A stretch of DNA of 64,000 nt, from positions 10,530-74,529 of the forward strand of contig CAZETA010000002.1 in NCBI GenBank assembly GCA_964514995.1, in the 5' to 3' direction. The position numbers and the translations under genes are program-made. This stretch comes from an uncultured Gammaproteobacteria bacterium (lineage in GTDB: Bacteria; Patescibacteriota; Patescibacteriia; Magasanikbacterales; GWA2-37-8). The notes beneath the pieces are model-generated. The model was given only the letters and a program-made list of their open reading frames with translations. It searched no databases and was not told the DNA's origin. Of this stretch, positions 27,601 to 37,177 are shown one piece after another (the first letter of the stretch is position 1; every line of letters starts with the position of its first letter).

Positions 27601-28528
27601 CGGCGATATTACACAAGGTTTGCCTCGTGTAGATGAGCTTTTTGAAGCTCGTACGCCAAAGAAGCAAGCCATGCTAGCTGAAGTGGCGGGTGAAATTGAG
27701 ATCGAAAAAGCTGACGGCAAAATCATTACTTCACCAAGCGGTAAGAAAATTTTTGAAGGACGCCGTGGTCAAGAAATTATTCGTATTCATTTCTCCGGCA
27801 TGGATGAGATGAAAATCAAGACCAAATCGGAAGATGAAATCATGGTCAAAGACGGGGATTTGGTACAAAAGGACCAAATCATATTAGTGCGCGGCGCTTC
27901 TGGAGAAGAGGTGGCAGCTAAGTATCCAAGTACTGTTAAGATTGAAAAGAATACTTTGACTTTATCCTATGAAGGTCCGCATGTGCGTGAGTATATCGTA
28001 CCGATTGGTTATAAATTGCTGGTGAAAACCGGAGATAAGGTAGAAAAGGGCGATCTCCTCACCGACGGCAGTATCAATCCGCACCAACTTTTTGAGCTCA
28101 AAGGCCGGGAAGCGGTACAGCGCTACATCCTACAGGAAGTGCAGAACATTTATTCTTCTCAAGGTCAGAAGGTGAATGACAAGCACGTTGAACTTATTAT
28201 TCGCCAGATGTTTAGCCGTGTTTATATAGAAGATGCGGGTGAGACCGATTTGTTGCCGGGAGAAGTGGTAGAAAAATCACAAGTTGATTTTTCTAATCGT
28301 CAAGTCAAAAAAGATGGCGGCAAGCTGGCCGTAGGCCGAGAATTGTTCCTTGGCATCTCTAAGGTCGCTCTCTCTACCCAGAGCTTCTTGTCAGCAGCTT
28401 CCTTCCAGGAAACAGCAAAAGTCCTTATCAATACTGCGATCACTGGTAAGATTGACTATCTCGATGGTCTCAAAGAAAATGTCATTATTGGTAGACTGAT
28501 TCCAGCGGGAACCGGGTTTAAACAGTAG
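24635..28528 (+). CDS. rpoC: DNA-directed RNA polymerase beta' subunit
   Basis: Zn-binding CxxC..CxxC N-terminus, NADFDGD catalytic motif, and trigger-loop/bridge-helix regions. Confidence 0.97.
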   Translation: MINYNHMSDNFSPTDFSAIRLKLASPEVIKGWSYGEVNKPETINYRTQKPEKGGLFAEEIFGPVKDWECYCGKYKKIRYKGIVCDKCGVEVTHSSVRRERMGHIELSAPVAHIWFLRSVPSKVGLVLDLSAQALEKVVYFAAFIITHVNEEEKKKTADLLRQEYKSKKKQIEKESQDAIKGANDKKLGAQALEKVQEETERKYKALDEDFQQADKELKELQVMKIVSENKYQELSLRYGHLFEASIGADAVRNLLSRINLEETVKKLNEEEQKIKGSKLERVIRRKKVLKSFYLNKIRPEWMILQVIPVIPPDLRPMVALDGGRFATSDLNDLYRRVINRNNRLRRLLELDAPEVICRNEKRMLQEAVDALVDNNARQAKTVTASTGQKRQLRSLADILKGKQGRFRQNLLGKRVDYSGRSVIVVGPNLNIDECGLPKRMALELFKPFIMSEIIKRELAHNVRSASKYIEAEHDEVWDILEDLTKKTRVLLNRAPTLHRLGIQAFHPRLIEGKAIQLHPLVCTAFNADFDGDQMAVHLPLTVEARWEADNLMAAEKNILKPATGSPVITPTKDIALGCYYLTRVATSDTGENLKYFSSEKEAILAYRSRVISLQKRIKVRFQDMSRFPEGANPIMETSVGRILFNKILPAKLPYFNETIIGKKLGYIIRLCLELLPDQQEVADFLDELKNLGYRYATKSGYSLGMDDFPEIAEKPGILSESDKLVATVEEQYQEGLLTQSERHVKILEIWSNTKERVVAKNQQILDKDGPVFAMIDSGARGSWGQLGQVIGMKGLVASASGDTIELPVKGNFKEGFEVLEFFNSSHGTRKGLTDTALRTANAGYLTRRLVDVSQDVIVFEDDCGDTNGELFTVLQSKEMGEKLSERIWGRYTLETVKSGSKILVKEGEVIDDKTARAIDEYKIEAVRVRSILQCKMQKGVCRKCYGFDLSKNKPVEFGVAVGIIAAQSIGEPGTQLTMRTFHTGGVAGGGDITQGLPRVDELFEARTPKKQAMLAEVAGEIEIEKADGKIITSPSGKKIFEGRRGQEIIRIHFSGMDEMKIKTKSEDEIMVKDGDLVQKDQIILVRGASGEEVAAKYPSTVKIEKNTLTLSYEGPHVREYIVPIGYKLLVKTGDKVEKGDLLTDGSINPHQLFELKGREAVQRYILQEVQNIYSSQGQKVNDKHVELIIRQMFSRVYIEDAGETDLLPGEVVEKSQVDFSNRQVKKDGGKLAVGRELFLGISKVALSTQSFLSAASFQETAKVLINTAITGKIDYLDGLKENVIIGRLIPAGTGFKQ

Positions 28529-28552
28529 TAAAAATTCATACTAAACAAAAAA

Positions 28553-28574
28553 GGCTCCTCGGAGCCTTTTTTGT
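28553..28574 (+). terminator. Rho-independent terminator after rpoC (GGCTCC-tc-GGAGCC + T6)
   Basis: Stem-loop plus T-run 25 nt after the rpoC stop. Confidence 0.7.
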
Positions 28575-28630
28575 TTCTATATTGACGTTCGGGGCTAGGT
28601 AACTTATTATTTAAAGGTAATTAAAATGTA

Positions 28631-29413
28631 ATGCATATGTCAGAATTAGAAAGACGCATAGGTAACCAAGTCCTGCACAGAAAAACTAACGTTGAAATTA
28701 AGCGGGGCGGTGAGGAATTGGGCAAAGGTTTGACTGAAGGAACAGTGCGCAGAGTTGATATTACTATTTTTGGGGATAAAGGGAAGACACGGAATGCACA
28801 TTTAGCTGAAAAGATATTCGATCATCCACAGTTAACGTCAGAAGCTAAGAAAGATGCAATTGATGAAATATTAAAAATACATGCAGAGCTCAAGGCGTTA
28901 GGCTTTCCAACTATCCCTACTATGCGTACAGAGATCGGAAATGATAGTAGTATTCTTATGACTGATCTGACAGACAAAGGGGCAAATGAGGTAGTAAGTG
29001 TCCCGGATTGGGGTGGTGGCCCAGAAAGATCGGGAAAATTTTATCAAACAGATTATAAAGTAGAGATTTCAAATGCAGAACAATTAAGTCAGTCATTAGC
29101 AAGTTTATTTGAGCAGACTATAGAAAAAGGCTGTACCGTAGCTTTCCCCGATGCATTTTTTATGATTATTAATAAGGCCTCGAAGGAGGGTAGGATTATT
29201 TTTGGTGATTTGCTTGAAATTAGCTTTATCAATATACCTGAAGATCCTAGCGTGCGTGAGGTTTTTATGGAAAATAATTTTGAGGTATTTAGCAGTTTTA
29301 TTTTAGATATGCGTAAGCATACACAGGCACAGCCGCCACTCTCAATGAGACCTTTGAGAGAAGTCAGAAAAAAGTACCTAGATAAATATAGGGCTATGAG
29401 ATCGGGAGGATAA
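28631..29413 (+). CDS. Hypothetical protein
   Basis: 260-aa ORF with no recognisable motif. Confidence 0.45.
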   Translation: MHMSELERRIGNQVLHRKTNVEIKRGGEELGKGLTEGTVRRVDITIFGDKGKTRNAHLAEKIFDHPQLTSEAKKDAIDEILKIHAELKALGFPTIPTMRTEIGNDSSILMTDLTDKGANEVVSVPDWGGGPERSGKFYQTDYKVEISNAEQLSQSLASLFEQTIEKGCTVAFPDAFFMIINKASKEGRIIFGDLLEISFINIPEDPSVREVFMENNFEVFSSFILDMRKHTQAQPPLSMRPLREVRKKYLDKYRAMRSGG

Positions 29414-29416
29414 TTT

Positions 29417-30454
29417 ATGAAAAAAAATGTATTAATAGTAGGAGTGGTTTTATTTTTTATTTTTGTAGTATCAGCTTTATGGCATCTAAGGCCTGGAGGG
29501 AATGCAGAAAGCGATTTTTTTGCTAGCAATCGGTTGAGAAATCAGTTTCCCATCGCTGCTAACCGAGAAGATATTAAAAAACAAGTAACCCTCCAATTTT
29601 TTGGTGACATAATGCTGGATCGTGATGTTGCTCGGGCGATGGGTAAGAATAATTTAGATTATATCTTTGCCAAGGGCACGTCATCAAGTAGTGTTTTTAT
29701 CACTGCAGATCTAACCATTGCAAATCTGGAAGGTCCATTTGCGCCAAGCCGTGTACCCACCAGCAAATCCATTGCCTTTCGATTTGATCCCAAGTTGGCA
29801 GCACAACTCAGAGGGTATGGTTTTGATGGATTTAATTTGGCAAATAATCATAGCTATGACATGGGTAGGCAAAACCTCGTTTTTACCAGAAACACGTTAG
29901 AAGAAAACAATTTGTTTTATTTTGGTGATGAGTATAGCCAGGGTCCAGAATACACCTATATAGCCGGAGAAAAGGAAGGACTGCCATTTACCATTGCTTT
30001 TGTGGGTTTTAATGACACTGAACATTCTCTTAGTTTGGAAAAGGTAAAAATGGTTATAGCAGATGCAAAAAGTAAAGCAAAATTTGTAATTGTTAATATT
30101 CACTGGGGAGAAGAATACCAGCAACATTCAAATATGAGGCAGCAGACTCTAGCCCACCAAATAATAGATTGGGGAGCGGATGCAATTATTGGTCATCATC
30201 CACATGTAGTACAGGAAATGGAAGTATATAATGATAAGCTAATCTTCTATTCTCTCGGTAATTTTATCTTTGATCAGTATTTTTCAAAACCAACACAGGA
30301 AGGAATTAGCGTAGGACTGACCATGTCTGAAGACGGAAAAATTGACTGGACAGCACTGCCTTTTTTTAGTAAAAAATCGCAGGTGCAGTTGATGTCAGGA
30401 GCACAACGAGACGTGTTTATGGAGTGGTTTGAGCAGAATAGTAGAATGAGGTAG
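29417..30454 (+). CDS. CapA/PgsA-family metallophosphatase-like (poly-gamma-glutamate capsule biosynthesis family) protein
   Basis: N-terminal TM anchor; motifs LQFFGDIMLDR, ANLEGPF and NLANNHSYDMG are typical of the PGA_cap family. Confidence 0.6.
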   Translation: MKKNVLIVGVVLFFIFVVSALWHLRPGGNAESDFFASNRLRNQFPIAANREDIKKQVTLQFFGDIMLDRDVARAMGKNNLDYIFAKGTSSSSVFITADLTIANLEGPFAPSRVPTSKSIAFRFDPKLAAQLRGYGFDGFNLANNHSYDMGRQNLVFTRNTLEENNLFYFGDEYSQGPEYTYIAGEKEGLPFTIAFVGFNDTEHSLSLEKVKMVIADAKSKAKFVIVNIHWGEEYQQHSNMRQQTLAHQIIDWGADAIIGHHPHVVQEMEVYNDKLIFYSLGNFIFDQYFSKPTQEGISVGLTMSEDGKIDWTALPFFSKKSQVQLMSGAQRDVFMEWFEQNSRMR

Positions 30455-30487
30455 TATTAGAAGCGATGTTAACAATAAGTATAGTTT

Positions 30488-31213
30488 ATGAGCGGACATT
30501 CAAAATGGCATAACATACAGGCGAGGAAAGGCAAGCAGGACGCTTTGCGTAGTGGGCAATTTACCAAGATTTCTAAGTTGATTAGTATTGCGGCAAGAGG
30601 TGGCGGTGATCCGACCGCTAATTTTTCATTGCGCATTGCCGTTGATAAAGCCCGGGCTGTCGGTATGCCTAAAGACAATATCGAGCGGGCGATCAAGCGA
30701 GGCACCGGTGAGCTCGAGGGGGCGCAAATTGAAGAAGTGTTGTATGAGTGTTATGGTCCGGGCGGGGTGGCGGTACTCGTCAAATGTTTAACCGATAATA
30801 AGAATCGCACGGTATCGGACATCAAACATATTTTTTCCAAGCACGATGGTTCTATGGCTGGAGCTGGCAGTGTGTCGTGGATGTTTCAGCAGTTGGGAGT
30901 GATTACGATTACTAAAGACCAGCTAACAATAAATAAAATTGATCGAGATATGTTTGATTTGCAAGTGATTGATGCAGGCGCAGAAGATATCGAAGAAGAC
31001 GGAGAGTTGATTATTAAAACCAAAATAGAGAATTTTCAGAAAGTGTTAAGTTCTTTAAAAGAAATGAATGTAGAAGTAACTGAATCTGGTTTGCAGTGGG
31101 TGGCGAAAGATACAGTTCCGGTAAGTGTCGAAGTATCTGAGAAACTGCAAGGATTATTTGAGGAATTGGACGGGAGTGATGATGTTGACGATTACTTTAC
31201 GAATGCAGAGTAA
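30488..31213 (+). CDS. yebC: YebC/PmpR-family DNA-binding regulator
   Basis: MSGHSKWHNIQARKGKQD N-terminus and a full-length YebC pattern. Sits immediately upstream of ruvC, the classic arrangement. Confidence 0.85.
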   Translation: MSGHSKWHNIQARKGKQDALRSGQFTKISKLISIAARGGGDPTANFSLRIAVDKARAVGMPKDNIERAIKRGTGELEGAQIEEVLYECYGPGGVAVLVKCLTDNKNRTVSDIKHIFSKHDGSMAGAGSVSWMFQQLGVITITKDQLTINKIDRDMFDLQVIDAGAEDIEEDGELIIKTKIENFQKVLSSLKEMNVEVTESGLQWVAKDTVPVSVEVSEKLQGLFEELDGSDDVDDYFTNAE

Positions 31214-31220
31214 ATTACCT

Positions 31221-31319
31221 ATACTTTTTGTCACCAAAAAGTGTTGGGGCCGCAGAACTCGTCTGACTGACAGGCTGGTTTTGCAAGTAGGTGAGTTCAA
31301 ACAGCTGCCGCCCTAAACC
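31221..31319 (+). repeat. Conserved intercistronic structured element, copy 2
   Basis: Same 5' hairpin and conserved 5'/3' blocks as 1394-1480. Starts 8 nt after the yebC stop and ends 16 nt before the ruvC ATG. The 3' closing-helix arm covaries with copy 1 (G:T becomes G:C). Confidence 0.6.
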
Positions 31320-31335
31320 CTATAACACAAAGATC

Positions 31336-31851
31336 ATGTCTATTTTGAAAAATAATAACAACGAAGTGATTCTTGGTATAGACCCTGGTTTTGGGAGAGT
31401 CGGCTATGGAATAGTAAAAAAAGACGCGAGAGGTGAGTGGAGGATGGTGGTGTTTGGTTGTCTAGAAACTTCGTCTAAGAAAAGTTTTGTGGAACGAATT
31501 GCTGAGATACACGAAGAGCTAAATGCGATTATAAAAAAACATCAGCCAACTCGGATGGCGGTAGAAGAATTATTTTTTTTCAAAAATGTGAAGACTGCTA
31601 TTGAGGTAGGACAGGCTAGAGGAGTAATACTCCTGACTGGAGTAGAGAATAAGTTGCCAATAGATGAATTTACACCGCTGCAGGTCAAACAAGCGATTAC
31701 CGGTTATGGTAGGGCAGAGAAGGGGCAGATGCAAAAGATTGTGGCTATGATTTTGGGGATGAAGGAAGCAATCAAATCTGATGATGCGGCTGATGCCTTG
31801 GCTGTGGCGCTGTGTGCAGGGCAGAGTTTGTGGGCTAGTAAGTTAGGATGA
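31336..31851 (+). CDS. ruvC: Holliday junction resolvase RuvC
   Basis: ILGIDPGFGRVGYGIV N-terminus and conserved acidic residues. Start moved to the ATG at 31336, after the repeat element. Confidence 0.9.
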   Translation: MSILKNNNNEVILGIDPGFGRVGYGIVKKDARGEWRMVVFGCLETSSKKSFVERIAEIHEELNAIIKKHQPTRMAVEELFFFKNVKTAIEVGQARGVILLTGVENKLPIDEFTPLQVKQAITGYGRAEKGQMQKIVAMILGMKEAIKSDDAADALAVALCAGQSLWASKLG

Positions 31852-32241
31852 TTGTATTTTTTTAAAATCCTTTCTTCCTAGAACAAGAAAGAATAGAATC
31901 GCGATTGGCAGAACTTCTTTATTTAGAGATATGGCTGCGCCTGGGGCAAGCTGGATTGCCATTTCTTCTACATCACTCACTGCCAGAATCGGCAGGAGTA
32001 AAATAATTAGAATAATGGTCAGTATATAGGCCCAACGTTTTTGTTTGAAGAGAAATAATGTCGGAATGCTTATTGCAATGATTAGTAGAGCGGATACGCT
32101 TGTGACAAAATTACTGAGGGTGGCAAATTCACCGCCGCCTCTCGGTCCGGTGAAAGAAATATAAGACAGGATTATGTTTGTGATTACAAAAATAAGTAGC
32201 AGTCCCATGGCGATTTTTGTTGTAATTGAGAGATTCTTCAT
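31843..32241 (-). CDS. Hypothetical small membrane protein
   Basis: About 4 TM helices; no motif. Confidence 0.4.
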   Translation of the reverse strand: MKNLSITTKIAMGLLLIFVITNIILSYISFTGPRGGGEFATLSNFVTSVSALLIIAISIPTLFLFKQKRWAYILTIILIILLLPILAVSDVEEMAIQLAPGAAISLNKEVLPIAILFFLVLGRKDFKKIQSS

Positions 32242-32331
32242 ATCTTTTACATTAAAGCTATGTGTGTTAAGATTATAAAACTAATAAAATTATACTGCTC
32301 GACTATATATAAAGCAATATTTTAGACAATT

Positions 32332-32793
32332 ATGGATCGGCCAAAACTTATCCTTATCCTCCCCAACATCCGTAGTGGCCACAATGTCGGCGCGATTTTT
32401 CGTACGGCTGATGGTGCTGGCGTGGATAAATTATATCTAACCGGTTACACTCCCTGTCCGCCGCATCCGCAAGTAGACAAGGTATCGCTCGGGGCGGAAA
32501 AGTGGATGCCGTGGGAATATCGCAAGCAGCCTGGTAAGTTGCTTAAAGAATTAAAGCAAATGGGGTATACTATAGTAGCCTTAGAACAAATAAAAACGAG
32601 CCAGGATATATTTGCCTGGCAGCCAAAATTTCCCTTAGTCCTTGTTGTAGGGAATGAAAAAACCGGAGTTTCTAAATCGCTACTTAAGTATTGTGATGAG
32701 GCAGTAGAAATTCCGATGCGAGGTAAGAAAAACAGCCTAAATGTGAGTGTGGCCACAGGAATTGCCATATATCACATGGCCCGTCATCTTTAA
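32332..32793 (+). CDS. SpoU/TrmH-family RNA 2'-O-methyltransferase (small form)
   Basis: SPOUT motifs: HNVGAIFRTADGAGVD, VVGNEKTGVS and SLNVSVATGIAIY. Confidence 0.7.
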   Translation: MDRPKLILILPNIRSGHNVGAIFRTADGAGVDKLYLTGYTPCPPHPQVDKVSLGAEKWMPWEYRKQPGKLLKELKQMGYTIVALEQIKTSQDIFAWQPKFPLVLVVGNEKTGVSKSLLKYCDEAVEIPMRGKKNSLNVSVATGIAIYHMARHL

Positions 32794-32796
32794 AAT

Positions 32797-33519
32797 ATGC
32801 AATCAACAATCCAATTATTTCATCATTTCTACGAAAATCTGCCGCCGCTCGTGTCCGAAGAAGTGGTTTTGTCTATGCAGAATGAATTACAACGATTGGA
32901 AAACAATCCGAATGTTACCATAGAAGAAGTAGAAGAAAGCATGGTCAAATTTGGGTACGAAGTTTGGCCGTGGAATCAGGCCTTCAAATTTTTTCTCACC
33001 GCTGTTGAAGATAAGATGGGGAAGCACTTCCTCTTGCCCCGAATGAGTGCAGGCTTACATGCCAAGTATCAAAATTTTATAGCTTGTAATGGTACTCTGA
33101 GAGATTTGCAGACCGGTAGACCAGCTTCGTTTTTTACTTCCGAAGAACGAGCCGAATTATGTGAAAAGCTCGTGGATATGCGACTACATTTGCGAGAGTA
33201 TGTTAAGCGGGATGTGGTAAGTCTGAATAGAGAATTATATTTGGAAAAAGTATCTGAATATCAAAATTTATTAGAAAAAATTAAGTTTAATCTCGAGTCG
33301 TTGCGGAATTTTTTGGAAAAAGAAGAAGATGGATCTCCGCTGGTGGGAGAGATTAATGCCAAGATAAAAGATTTTGAACACAGCCTATGTTTGCTTGGCA
33401 CGGAAATGGATTATGAAGCAGTGTGTCAGGTACAGGATTTTTTTGTGGGCAGAAAAAAAGACCTCGCCAGAATGCGAGGTATCAACGTGCCGGTGGAGTT
33501 TGATTTTTATAGTAATTAA
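32797..33519 (+). CDS. Hypothetical protein
   Basis: ORF only. Confidence 0.4.
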   Translation: MQSTIQLFHHFYENLPPLVSEEVVLSMQNELQRLENNPNVTIEEVEESMVKFGYEVWPWNQAFKFFLTAVEDKMGKHFLLPRMSAGLHAKYQNFIACNGTLRDLQTGRPASFFTSEERAELCEKLVDMRLHLREYVKRDVVSLNRELYLEKVSEYQNLLEKIKFNLESLRNFLEKEEDGSPLVGEINAKIKDFEHSLCLLGTEMDYEAVCQVQDFFVGRKKDLARMRGINVPVEFDFYSN

Positions 33520-34499
33520 CTAATCAGCCGAGGTTTGATAGAAGGAAACTGAGAAATGGCTTTGGCCATTTCTTTTTGCGTGAGAAGTTTTTTGTCCGGG
33601 TCGTGAGAAGTGATGGCAGCACAGCTATTCGCAATTCCCCATTGTAAAGCAGTGGGAGTGTCTTTCTTATAGAATTTTGCAGCCAAATAGCCTGCCGAGA
33701 AGGCATCGCCAGCGCCGGTTTTTGTCACCACTTCAACTGGAAAACTCTCAGTGTGCCAGACACAATCTTTGTTTCCAGCCCAAGCGCCACGACTACTATC
33801 AGTAATAACTATTTCCTGAGCACCGAGATTTTGCAGGTTTTTGATAAGGGCAATAGCATCAGTTGGCTGGCTTGCTGGTGTGCTACAAATTGTGCGGGCT
33901 TCTTCTATATTTACAATGAGTAAATTCGTACGGGCAATAACTTCTTTGACTAGATCGAGCTTTTGTAATTGTACGGTGCCCGGATTATAAGCTAAAGAAA
34001 TATTTCGGTTTCTGTATACGTGTTGTAATAGTTTTTTTTGTATGGCTTCGTAACCTTCACTGAGACTGGTGTAGTATGCCCAATCTGTTTTTGGCAGACT
34101 GGTCGGAAATTTATAATTTCTTTTTTGGTGGTAGGAAAGAATAGTTCGTTCTTGTTTGAAATTTAGTACGACTGAATATCTGGTTTTTGCCTTTGGATCG
34201 CTAAATACCATTTTGGTATTTACTTTGTTTTTCTTTAACATTTCCAGAAGCATGTTGCCGTTAGCGTCTTTGCCAATAGAAGAAATAATACTGGTTTTTA
34301 GACCAAGAGCAGCTGCAGAAACAGCAACGTTCGCTGCATTGCCACCTACAGATTGGAAACTGTCAGTGATCGGAATTTTAGCGGCGTAATTGAGGCAAAG
34401 TTGGCAGTTATGTTGATTGAGGTCGCACTCAAGTGTGGCGTTGTCAATCATTATATGTGTGTCAATCACGCTGTCGCCGATAGTGAGAAGGTTGGGCAT
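33516..34499 (-). CDS. PfkB-family carbohydrate/ribokinase-like kinase
   Basis: GGNAANVAV and TGAGDAFSAGYL motifs. Confidence 0.8.
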   Translation of the reverse strand: MPNLLTIGDSVIDTHIMIDNATLECDLNQHNCQLCLNYAAKIPITDSFQSVGGNAANVAVSAAALGLKTSIISSIGKDANGNMLLEMLKKNKVNTKMVFSDPKAKTRYSVVLNFKQERTILSYHQKRNYKFPTSLPKTDWAYYTSLSEGYEAIQKKLLQHVYRNRNISLAYNPGTVQLQKLDLVKEVIARTNLLIVNIEEARTICSTPASQPTDAIALIKNLQNLGAQEIVITDSSRGAWAGNKDCVWHTESFPVEVVTKTGAGDAFSAGYLAAKFYKKDTPTALQWGIANSCAAITSHDPDKKLLTQKEMAKAISQFPSIKPRLIS

Positions 34500-34521
34500 A
34501 TTCTAAATTTGTTCGCCGCTT

Positions 34522-35105
34522 CTATCTTTTTAATGAAGACTTTGCTTCAAGTCTTTTGTTGAAATAGATTAGGCCGGCGATAAAAGCTGTTGTTGGGAGT
34601 AGGATAATTATAGGAAACATTATTAAAACATCCTTGACTTCTTGGGATAATTGCAAGTATCCATTAGGAATTTCTGTCCAGCCTGGATTGAATTCTTGCG
34701 AAATTAGATAACTTAACAGAAAGAAGCTTATCCATGCTCCTAATAAGACCCCAAGGATTAACTGGCGGTGACGGTACATATTTAAACCTTTTTTGACTCT
34801 GTTTGCTCCCTGCGATCTTCAGGATAGCAAACGTGCCTATGATGGCCGGTGAGAATCTCAATGAGTTCTATCCAGCTGCCGACAAAAAGGCCGATCATAG
34901 CCAAAGAGAATATTTTATTGCCAAGCCAGAGTGAATATACGAGTAAACAGGCAGAGGCCAGAATAAATACAGCGTCCTGTCGGCGTTCGGCTTCTAAGAA
35001 TACTCCATAGGTAAGTAGAATTGCGCCAAGACCGGCAACTACATTCATGATGATGTCTATCAGTGGCCAAGGCATGGTGGGGAATAGGTTGAGAAATGAT
35101 TCCAT
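34522..35105 (-). pseudogene. Membrane protein gene split by a 1-nt frameshift in a T6/A6 homopolymer (34791-34796)
   Basis: ORFs 34782-35105 and 34522-34779 fuse into one ~193-aa polytopic membrane protein if the homopolymer gains one base. The third overlapping ORF is the frame reached by losing one base instead. Confidence 0.5.
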
Positions 35106-35122
35106 AGATGTTTAGTAAGGAT

Positions 35123-36070
35123 TTATTCTTTCCATCTATTAATATACTCTATTGCTGCCAAAGCCGCAATAATTCCTTGGCCCGCGGCAATACCGATTTG
35201 TTTGTAGGCAACGGTGGTCACATCGCCGGCGGCAAAGACACCAGGTAAATTAGTACGGCATTTTTCGTCTACCACAATTTCTCCCACTTTGTTTTTATCT
35301 ACACCGTCAACAAATTGTGAGTTCGGAATTTGTCCAATATGCACCATGACCCCGTCAGCGGCGATTTCTTTTTCTGTGCCGGTTGTATCTTTATACGCTA
35401 CCCCAGAAACTCTGTTTTCACCCATAATTTTTGTGGTTTCGGCCTCGTAGATAACTTCTATATTGCCCAGTGTTTTTAGTTTTTCAATCAGGATATTTTC
35501 ACCTTTCGGGAAGCCATAATTTTGTTCGGCAGTATTGGCAAATTTACTGATCAAGTAGACCTTTTTGGCAATGCCAGCCATCATGAGGGCGGATTCTAGG
35601 GCGGCGTTGCCGGAGCCGATAGTCACCGTAGTTTTATTCTTAAACAATGGGCCGTCGCAGACCGTGCAGTAGGTAATACCTTTTTGGTATAGTTCCTGTT
35701 CACCGGGAATGCCAAGGTGGCGAGGGTGAATACCGGTGGCAATAATCACGGTTTTAGTTTCAAATTCTTGCGTCTCACCATTTCCATTTTCAGCTATGAC
35801 TCTGTAATGATTTTTGACGGGAGTAATAGCAGTAACCCTCAATCCCTCTCGAATATCCACGCCATATGATTTGACATGTTCGGTAAATTTTTTTGCCAGT
35901 TCAAAGCCTTGGATATTAATAATTCCCGGCCAGTTGGCGACTTCTCCTGAAAGAGCTACTTCTCCGCCAGTGTCTAGCGTGATAATTTTAAAATTTAGAT
36001 TTCTTCGCGCTGAGTAGATGGCAGCGCTAGAACCGGCCGCAGCCGCGCCGATGATAATAAGATCGAGCAT
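35123..36070 (-). CDS. trxB: Thioredoxin reductase
   Basis: FAD motif (IIGAAAAGSSAA), redox CTVCDG, and an NADPH-binding GxGxxA region. Confidence 0.85.
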   Translation of the reverse strand: MLDLIIIGAAAAGSSAAIYSARRNLNFKIITLDTGGEVALSGEVANWPGIINIQGFELAKKFTEHVKSYGVDIREGLRVTAITPVKNHYRVIAENGNGETQEFETKTVIIATGIHPRHLGIPGEQELYQKGITYCTVCDGPLFKNKTTVTIGSGNAALESALMMAGIAKKVYLISKFANTAEQNYGFPKGENILIEKLKTLGNIEVIYEAETTKIMGENRVSGVAYKDTTGTEKEIAADGVMVHIGQIPNSQFVDGVDKNKVGEIVVDEKCRTNLPGVFAAGDVTTVAYKQIGIAAGQGIIAALAAIEYINRWKE

Positions 36071-36071
36071 A

Positions 36072-36725
36072 TTAGATAGTTATTTCTCCTATGGCTTGGA
36101 CTAATTTTTCATGTTCCACTTCCGGATCTTCGGCTTTGAAGAAGGCGCTGCCAACATATAATTTGTTCGCGCCAGCGTCTACCACTGACTTGATAGTTGA
36201 TTCATTGATACCGCCATCAACTGAACAGATTATATCCAGGCTCAATTGTTTGAATTCTTTTATTTTTTCTAGTACCTCTGGCACAAATGACGAGCCTTGG
36301 TGACCAGGATGTACGGTCATAAATAAGAGTTCATCTACCAGATTGAAATACGGTTTGGCTTTGTCGAGTGGGGTGTCCGGATTTAGGGCAATGCCAACTT
36401 TCCAGCCGTGATTACGGATATGGCGGATGCATTCTTCGACGTCAGTTTCCGCTTCAATATGAAACACGACGCTTTGTACCGTAGACACGTCTTTCCACAT
36501 GCCGATTTCAGTCAGCGGATCTTTGACCATCAGATGCAATTCAAAATAGGCCTCCGTATTAACATCGTTAACTTGTTCTCGTTCGCTAAAGGATTTGTTA
36601 TCAACAAGCAACCCATCCATGACATCTATCTGAATGGAGGAAAAATCTTTTGTAAGTTTGTTTACCTGTTCTTTGAAGGATTCGAAGTTGTCGGTGAGAA
36701 TAGCGGGGACAATGAGGGGGAGCAT
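36072..36725 (-). CDS. rpe: Ribulose-phosphate 3-epimerase
   Basis: IQIDVMDG, HLMV, VHPGHQG and DGGIN motifs. Confidence 0.8.
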   Translation of the reverse strand: MLPLIVPAILTDNFESFKEQVNKLTKDFSSIQIDVMDGLLVDNKSFSEREQVNDVNTEAYFELHLMVKDPLTEIGMWKDVSTVQSVVFHIEAETDVEECIRHIRNHGWKVGIALNPDTPLDKAKPYFNLVDELLFMTVHPGHQGSSFVPEVLEKIKEFKQLSLDIICSVDGGINESTIKSVVDAGANKLYVGSAFFKAEDPEVEHEKLVQAIGEITI

Positions 36726-36730
36726 ATAAT

Positions 36731-37177
36731 TTATTTTTCTAATTCTTTAATTTTATTGTTCCTTCGCACAAACCGTTCGTCGCCGTCAAATTTTGTATCT
36801 AAAAATTTTTTTACTATAGCTTTGGCAAAATCTACAGAAGGCAGTAGTCGCGCCCCCAGGCAAAGAATGTTGGCGTTATTGTCTTTGCGGCCCAGCTCGG
36901 TAGCTCGAAGATTATATCCTTGGACAGCGTACGCACCTTTTACCTTGTTAGCTACAATACAGGTGCCTTGGCCGCTACCGCAGATCAGGATACCCATATT
37001 TTCTGTACTTTCAGCCACTTTTTTGGCAAGCGGTATGGCATAATCAGGAAAATCATCTGTTTCTATCAAAACTTCAGGGCCTAGGTCCTTTACATCTCTT
37101 TTCAATTCAGTTTTTATATATCCAGTAAGTTCTTTTTTGAGCTGAAAACCGGCATGATCAGAGGCGATGTAGAGCAT
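36731..37177 (-). CDS. rpiB: Ribose-5-phosphate isomerase B
   Basis: LYIASDHAGFQLK N-terminus and a GILICGSGQG catalytic-Cys region. Confidence 0.85.
   Translation of the reverse strand: MLYIASDHAGFQLKKELTGYIKTELKRDVKDLGPEVLIETDDFPDYAIPLAKKVAESTENMGILICGSGQGTCIVANKVKGAYAVQGYNLRATELGRKDNNANILCLGARLLPSVDFAKAIVKKFLDTKFDGDERFVRRNNKIKELEK

Noticed and set aside
21456-28000. Numerous 60-125-aa antisense/alternate-frame ORFs inside rpoB and rpoC
   Set aside because: They are fully nested in strongly supported essential genes and have no signals of their own.
31221-31319. SRP (4.5S) RNA as identity of the repeated structured element
   Set aside because: The element is present in two copies with different internal inserts and lacks the domain IV consensus, which is incompatible with a single-copy essential RNA.
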